From an uncultured virus (IMG/VR IMGVR_UViG_3300033149_004321) (taxonomy: Duplodnaviria > Heunggongvirae > Uroviricota > Caudoviricetes), in the IMG/VR virus record IMGVR_UViG_3300033149_004321: a DNA stretch of 64,000 nucleotides; one strand, written 5' to 3'. The stretch's first letter is position 1; each line of letters opens with the position of its first letter. Position numbers and translations under genes: made by a program. Under the pieces are notes generated by a model. It saw only the letters and a list, made by a program, of their open reading frames with translations. It ran no database searches and was not told where the DNA came from. Below, piece after piece: positions 58,587-64,000 of the stretch.

Positions 58587-59513
58587 TTATTTTTCAGCCA
58601 CTATTCTATACCAGTCTTCAAGTAAATACTGCCCGGCTGTAGTCCCTTCTCCCTTTTTTAATTCTCGGAAAGGCGTTAATTTTCCACCGATTGGTAAATT
58701 AGAAGTACCTGCAATACTGTCTATCAATACACCATTAGCATACCACCAAACGGCGCAATCGGTACCTTCACCGTCAAAATGAAATCCTAATGTATTCCAG
58801 CCAAGATTCCCAGAAGCAGGTAATAAAATTAACGAATCAGTCAATTCAGTTGTCACAGCTAAACCAAAAGCAGCCTCTAATTGATAAGCTGTATGTGTCC
58901 CCAAAGCAACTCTCCATTCACACCAAATTTCTTTTGTGCTGTCCATAACAATAGATGTGTTGTTTATATGAGAATTGTTAAGACCATCATCTTGGCTTGT
59001 TGTAAGTATTTTTAAAACCCCACCAGCACTATCTGGTAGCGTATATCCATTTTTACCTGTATCGGAAGAACAATACCATCCAGCTATTGATGAATCCCCG
59101 GGTCCTGCGGATATATCAGCACAAATCCAATCTTCAAATAACTCAAATACTTCTGATGCATTATGCCAACCTATATTAGTTTTAATTTTATTATTCCACA
59201 TACCTGTATTAGGACTTTCAATAACATTGGTACCATCAAAGTATAATTCATAATCATCGTCAGTTCCTAAAAGTATTCCATAATTATCAGCAAAGTTATA
59301 ATTGGCAGACGCATCAGCTATAACTGTTCCTGATTGTATGTCAACAGTAGCGCCGGAATTTAATTGTATTTCACCACCATCTTTAACCACCATTCTATCA
59401 CCGCCCGTGTCAAAATAAATCTTTGTTATGTAATCAGATTGAGCAAATACAATTCCAACTACAATCAAAGAAGCGGAAAGCAAAGTGGTTATTAATTTCC
59501 AATTCTTTTTCAT
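58587..59513 (-). CDS. Signal-peptide-bearing putative head decoration protein
   Basis: MKKNWKLITTLLSASLIVVGIVFA|QSDYITKIYFDTGGDRMVVKDGGEI; AGGAGG RBS; lectin-like beta C-terminal half. Confidence 0.75.
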   Translation of the reverse strand: MKKNWKLITTLLSASLIVVGIVFAQSDYITKIYFDTGGDRMVVKDGGEIQLNSGATVDIQSGTVIADASANYNFADNYGILLGTDDDYELYFDGTNVIESPNTGMWNNKIKTNIGWHNASEVFELFEDWICADISAGPGDSSIAGWYCSSDTGKNGYTLPDSAGGVLKILTTSQDDGLNNSHINNTSIVMDSTKEIWCEWRVALGTHTAYQLEAAFGLAVTTELTDSLILLPASGNLGWNTLGFHFDGEGTDCAVWWYANGVLIDSIAGTSNLPIGGKLTPFRELKKGEGTTAGQYLLEDWYRIVAEK

Positions 59514-59548
59514 TATTTAATACCTCCTAAAATTTTATAGTATATAAT

Positions 59549-59610
59549 GAAGAAGGCGGGGCAGGAGCCCAAACCCCGCCATCTCCCTTCAACGTCCTTC
59601 TTCAGGACGA
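59549..59610 (-). terminator. Double hairpin, GC-rich
   Basis: Minus strand cgtcct-gaaga-aggacg then ggcgggg-N12-ccccgcc-ttcttc. Confidence 0.55.
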
Positions 59611-59615
59611 GTCTA

Positions 59616-60020
59616 TTATTCACTTGCATCACTTGAATAATCACTCGTTGCTGGTGAATAAATTGGGTCTTTCCCTATTAATATAACACACACATAAGAA
59701 TCATTGCTTGAACCTGTTTCAGTTACATCAACCCTAACGTATCTTTTTATATCGTCAAGTTCAACTTTCGTTAGTCCTGACTCATCAAGTAATGTAGCTG
59801 TTACCGTTGTGTGTGTTGCAAAAGTGCTATCGTCTTCACTATCCAAGATAGTGCAAGAATCAAACGTATCGCTTCCAAGAGTGAACGAAATTATAGCATA
59901 TGCATCTCTGCACCCATACATATCAACAGACGTGCCTGTAGATAGACCATTTAATAAATTGGCTCTTATTCCTTCCTTCACCAACATACTAGCGCCAAAA
60001 TCTCTGGTTACTGCTCTCAT
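59616..60020 (-). CDS. Putative head decoration/minor capsid protein
   Basis: Follows major capsid; GTSVDM.G, DSEDDSTF, KRYVRV. Confidence 0.7.
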   Translation of the reverse strand: MRAVTRDFGASMLVKEGIRANLLNGLSTGTSVDMYGCRDAYAIISFTLGSDTFDSCTILDSEDDSTFATHTTVTATLLDESGLTKVELDDIKRYVRVDVTETGSSNDSYVCVILIGKDPIYSPATSDYSSDASE

Positions 60021-60087
60021 AATTTTTTACTCCTATATTTTTGTTTCATTATTTTTCCTGTTTCAACAATTGTTGAAACAAATATTA

Positions 60088-61284
60088 TTACGATGCCGCT
60101 ACTCCTTTAATAATATAGAAATTCTTTGGTTCTCTGGGAGCGCCATCAGAACGCATAACCGCTCTGAAGTAAGTTTCGTTTCGTAAGAAACTATCACCAG
60201 CAACATCAGAAGCACTGATTTCAATTAATTCAGTTTTTTTCTGAAGAATAGCAAAATCACTCCATTTTCCAAGAATTATATAAGAAAGACTTGTTCCAGT
60301 ACCAGCCGTTAGATTTGTTACAATTTGGGTAGTAAAACCAACTTTATATCCCAAAATATCATCAGGTTCTTTCTTTGTCAAATCTCTTGCTAACTGCTGT
60401 CCCAGATGATAAATATATGAACCTTCTCCATTCTTCAATTGTCGCAAACTATTCTTTGTTCTCGGATGCATTATCCAACCATCACAAGTAGCATCATTAG
60501 CTTGTATAGCGTATTCAGCGTCCATCAGGTCATCAAAAGTAGGCACAGCCCCATTACCCGAACCAAGCGTAGTGCTTGATACAAGAGGGTTGTTGTAAAT
60601 ACCCAAAGGTTGTGTTCCACCTGTACCTTTTATGAACGCTAAATCTTCAGCAAGCGCAAGAACTTTTGCCAAATCGTCTTTTATAATCGTGTCCACCGCC
60701 GGTCCCGCATCCGCCAATAAATCATTTTTGACTTTTGTAACTCCCACACAATCTTTTAATACTAAATTGAGCATGGCAAATGCCTGGTCGGAAGCGGTAA
60801 AATCAGTTGTTCTTGCATCCTGTACCCAATAAGCGGTTGCTCCCCCCGTTGTTCTCGGTATTGACATAGTGTTTCCATTCACTTCATAAACGGTAGCACC
60901 CATATCTCTTATGATAGCTTTCGCCCGAAGCAATTCAATGACTTCTGTTGAAACTTCTGGAGGAATAAGAAACCCACCTTTAACACCAAGACCACCACGC
61001 ATTGTTTTTATCACTTCTTCTTTATCCGAATTTATTCTTATAAAAGCTTGCTTTTCATAATCAGCATCTTCCCAGTTACCAGTAGTCGAACCACGCAAAT
61101 ACTTTGCTATTGAAAGGTACTGCTTTCCACCGGTGACAGGGGTTTCAATCCTATCGTTTTCTGTTGATCTTTCCCGTGCTTTCGTCAAAGGCTCAAGACT
61201 TTTCTTGATTTGCTCCTTGACAATTTTTTGCATTTCATCAAGGTCAATAGTTACTTTTTTCGTTTCTTTCTTTTTATCAGCCAT
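60088..61284 (-). CDS. Major capsid protein (HK97 fold)
   Basis: GGFLIPPEVSTEVIELLR, AYWV, EDLAFIKGTG..QPLGI, WIMHP, ILGYKV, GKWSDF. Confidence 0.93.
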   Translation of the reverse strand: MADKKKETKKVTIDLDEMQKIVKEQIKKSLEPLTKARERSTENDRIETPVTGGKQYLSIAKYLRGSTTGNWEDADYEKQAFIRINSDKEEVIKTMRGGLGVKGGFLIPPEVSTEVIELLRAKAIIRDMGATVYEVNGNTMSIPRTTGGATAYWVQDARTTDFTASDQAFAMLNLVLKDCVGVTKVKNDLLADAGPAVDTIIKDDLAKVLALAEDLAFIKGTGGTQPLGIYNNPLVSSTTLGSGNGAVPTFDDLMDAEYAIQANDATCDGWIMHPRTKNSLRQLKNGEGSYIYHLGQQLARDLTKKEPDDILGYKVGFTTQIVTNLTAGTGTSLSYIILGKWSDFAILQKKTELIEISASDVAGDSFLRNETYFRAVMRSDGAPREPKNFYIIKGVAAS

Positions 61285-61319
61285 TATACACACCCCACTA
61301 AATTTTATATGTTAATAAC

Positions 61320-62132
61320 TTATTTTTCTAACACTTCTTTAATCCCGTCTTCCACGAGATTACCGATATTTTTAGCTAATTCTTCACCTGTCAATTCAGT
61401 TATCTCATTTTCATCGGGATTTTCCTCTTCACTTTCAACACCAGCTTCTTTCAGTTCTTCTTTGACTATATCATCAGCCATCTTTTTTAGGTTTTCCCTA
61501 ATGCTTTCCTCTGAATCTTCTGAAGCTTCTTCTTCATCGTCATTAGCCTCTTTGGTTTCCCCCGCACCCTCGGCGGATTTCTCCGCTTCTGTGTTTTTGC
61601 TTTCTTCTTCTTTTTCTTCTTGTTCTTTTAATAGTTCAGCAATAACATCAGTAGCTTTGGACAATCCTTCACTCAATTGTTTTAACATATCAAGGGTCTT
61701 TTTTGAAAACCGAGCGCCAACTTTTTCAATGCCTTCAGCTTCATCTTTTTCTTTGTCATCTTCACTTTCAATTTCCTTTTCTGAAAGAACGGTATCCGCA
61801 AGTTTGTTTATATAAATACCAATAGCATTTTGCAATTCTTTTGGCATATCGTTAGTGAACTGATTTATCAAATCTGCCGCCTCTTCTGCTTTGTTCAATT
61901 CTTCAAAAACACCACTAACTTTTTCCAAATCTTCTTTCGACAAATCCCTCTGCGAAAGATTTCTGAACATATCGTTGATTTTACTCACTTTTAAATCCTC
62001 CATCTTATTTTCTTTTTTATTTCTTTTTATCAAATAGAATTTTTTTCTATTAGCAGGATTATCGACAAAAGAAACTTCATCAACTTCTACATCCTCAAGT
62101 TTTCTTGGCTTCTTTCTGTTTTTTTCAAACAT
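61320..62132 (-). CDS. Scaffold-like acidic protein with N-terminal protease strand EVSFVDNPAN
   Basis: LEDVEVDEVSFVDNPANRKKF then acidic helical region; GAGGAGG RBS. Confidence 0.7.
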   Translation of the reverse strand: MFEKNRKKPRKLEDVEVDEVSFVDNPANRKKFYLIKRNKKENKMEDLKVSKINDMFRNLSQRDLSKEDLEKVSGVFEELNKAEEAADLINQFTNDMPKELQNAIGIYINKLADTVLSEKEIESEDDKEKDEAEGIEKVGARFSKKTLDMLKQLSEGLSKATDVIAELLKEQEEKEEESKNTEAEKSAEGAGETKEANDDEEEASEDSEESIRENLKKMADDIVKEELKEAGVESEEENPDENEITELTGEELAKNIGNLVEDGIKEVLEK

Positions 62133-62156
62133 TTACGCCTCCTCAAAATAAAAAAA

Positions 62157-62188
62157 GGCAATGCCAAACTCCTTAATTGACATTGCCT
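62157..62188 (-). terminator. Rho-independent terminator-like hairpin
   Basis: Minus strand aggcaatgtcaa-N-ttggcattgcct followed by a T run. Confidence 0.6.
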
Positions 62189-62344
62189 AAAAATAAACTT
62201 AAAAAAAGTCTTATACAGACAATTCTCTAAATTTGTAAACAAAAATTATTCATTTGTTTACAAAAAACATACAAACAAACCCTCAAATTTGAAAACAAAA
62301 ATAACAAATTTGTTTTAAAAAAACAAGTTTTATTTTAAAAATAG

Positions 62345-63862
62345 TTATTCCTGCCGAATTTTCGCACGTCCACCTATAGAGAAACCATTAATCTCCCCAT
62401 CCTTAATTTTTTTCCATAATTCTTTTGCCAATATTTTAACTGCCATTACCCAACTTCCTTTTTTCACTTTCTCCCCACCAACATTATAATCAACAGGAGC
62501 AATAAAACTTTCAATAACCTTTGCAACTGTTTTTTCTTTATGCATTATCTTAAAATTTTGACTATATAACATATAATCGTAGGCAGCTTTTCTCACTTCA
62601 TCGGAATCCATTTCATCGCCTTGAGCATCAACTTCATTCGGAGAATAAACAACACCAGTTACAATCTGTTCATCTTTATTAGTTTTTATAAAATCAACTT
62701 CTATATCTATATCATAATCTTCTCCAAACTCCATCTTTTCCAATTTATGTAATTCGGGTGGTTCTAGATCCAACTCTTTGTAGTGCCTTTTCAAATGTTC
62801 ATAAACAGCTTTTCTATCTGCATCAGGAATTTTTGTACCTCCTCTTGCTCCAAGCAAAGCCCCCATAGCCGCTATAACACCTCTGCGAACTGTTTTAATC
62901 TCCCCATCAATTACTTTATGATGAGGCAACTTATAAGAAGCTCTTATTTCAGGGTTTTCTGAATCAAACCAGGCATGAACAGATTTATACTTTTCCCAAT
63001 CTGGATTTTCTTCATCACCCAATATTTTATTTCCGTCCGCTGAAGAAAAACTCCACGCGACATCATCAGCTAAAGGAAATTTCTTATACGGAACGGCACG
63101 TTTTTCTATTTCTTCACCTTCTTCTTTTCTCATTTTCTGTCCCGGTCCCGGTCTTTCAACTCTACGCATTTCACCCCCGCATTCTGGACAATCTATCGAC
63201 CTACAATGCTTATCCGTTTTTAATTTATACCCACAATCCAAACATTCACATTCATATTCAACTTTTTTAACAGCTGGTTCAAACAATATTGGTTCATAAT
63301 CATGGTCTTTACACCACTTCTTTGCTTCTGCTACAGTAAAATCACTGCTATCAAATCTTATTGCTTGCAATTCACTCTTGCCTTCTTTGATTCCATATAT
63401 AGCATGTATGCCTGTACCAAATGCATTATTCTTTCTGGCAAACCTTGTATATTTACCCGGAGATGTTAATCTCGCTGAATGCTCGTTTGGATAAGGTTTC
63501 AATATATCAGTTTCATAAGATTCAATAGCTTCTTTCAGATTTGTTATTTCAGCTTTCAATAGTCTGTTGTCCATTATCAACTTATCATTATCAATTTGCT
63601 TTTTAATTTTTTCATCCAGCTTCCTATCGAGATTTTTATGTAATAATTTCAGTTCCCTTCTTTCCATTTCATTTTTAAGCATTCTAAATTTATCGAAAAA
63701 ATTATCAATATAAATCTGCTCAAATATGTTTCTCAAAATATGCAACTTCTCACTGGAAAGTTTTTTCAAAACATCGGCATTTACTTCTTCAACTTTCGGC
63801 ACAGATTTATTTGTATTTCTTTCAAAGCCCCTTTTATTCGATTTTACAAATTGTTTTCCCAT
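62345..63862 (-). CDS. XkdF-like prohead protease with N-terminal accessory domains
   Basis: QIVTGVVYSPNEVDAQGD, MH, IESFIAP, KGSWVM, IKDGEINGFSIGG. Confidence 0.88.
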   Translation of the reverse strand: MGKQFVKSNKRGFERNTNKSVPKVEEVNADVLKKLSSEKLHILRNIFEQIYIDNFFDKFRMLKNEMERRELKLLHKNLDRKLDEKIKKQIDNDKLIMDNRLLKAEITNLKEAIESYETDILKPYPNEHSARLTSPGKYTRFARKNNAFGTGIHAIYGIKEGKSELQAIRFDSSDFTVAEAKKWCKDHDYEPILFEPAVKKVEYECECLDCGYKLKTDKHCRSIDCPECGGEMRRVERPGPGQKMRKEEGEEIEKRAVPYKKFPLADDVAWSFSSADGNKILGDEENPDWEKYKSVHAWFDSENPEIRASYKLPHHKVIDGEIKTVRRGVIAAMGALLGARGGTKIPDADRKAVYEHLKRHYKELDLEPPELHKLEKMEFGEDYDIDIEVDFIKTNKDEQIVTGVVYSPNEVDAQGDEMDSDEVRKAAYDYMLYSQNFKIMHKEKTVAKVIESFIAPVDYNVGGEKVKKGSWVMAVKILAKELWKKIKDGEINGFSIGGRAKIRQE

Positions 63863-63894
63863 TTGAAGTTTCTCCTAATTTATTTTATAATTAA

Positions 63895-63999
63895 TTATGT
63901 TTTCTTTTTTCCTTTAGGCGGTGCTTGAAATTTAGGCTTGCCTGTAGGTTTTGTCAATGTATCCTTATCATAAACAGGTGTCCAATAGCACATACAATT
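63895..63999 (-). CDS. 3' end of probable minor head protein (Mu gpF/SPP1 gp7-like), partial
   Basis: NCMCYWTPV resembles the HPNCRC terminal motif; position upstream of the protease. Confidence 0.55.
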   Translation of the reverse strand, partial: NCMCYWTPVYDKDTLTKPTGKPKFQAPPKGKKKT

Positions 64000-64000
64000 G

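Noticed and set aside
1..64000. tRNA/rRNA genes, integrase, terminase, portal
   Set aside because: None recognised by eye; terminase and portal probably lie beyond the right edge; a tRNAscan run would be needed to exclude tRNAs

Overview
This is a 64-kb, very AT-rich segment of a large tailed dsDNA phage (siphovirus-type: HK97-fold capsid, tail tube, tape measure). It has three blocks. (1) 1-26.6 kb, minus strand: replication/recombination and accessory genes (UDG-fused family-A DNA polymerase, SSB, RecA, RuvC, split SbcCD, two beta-clamps, clamp loader, DNA methyltransferase, two TnpB genes). (2) 27.4-37.7 kb, plus strand: methyltransferase, DnaB-like helicase, intein-containing SNF2 helicase, primase, sigma-like factor. 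(3) 37.9-64 kb, minus strand: virion and lysis module. The strongest candidate for an undescribed system is a set of at least five proteins inside the head/tail cluster. They carry Sec signal peptides that leave Gln at +1 and are densely loaded with the FCB-type O-glycosylation sequon D-(S/T)-(A/I/L/V/M/T), which suggests export and host glycosylation of virion-module proteins. Other highlights are an intein whose endonuclease is encoded in an overlapping alternative frame, an intein next to the catalytic Cys of an NlpC/P60 lysin, a TnpB with a rearranged RuvC site, and about nine indel lesions, several in catalytic motifs (decay, scars or assembly error cannot be told apart here). All calls come from reading motifs by eye; no database search was run.
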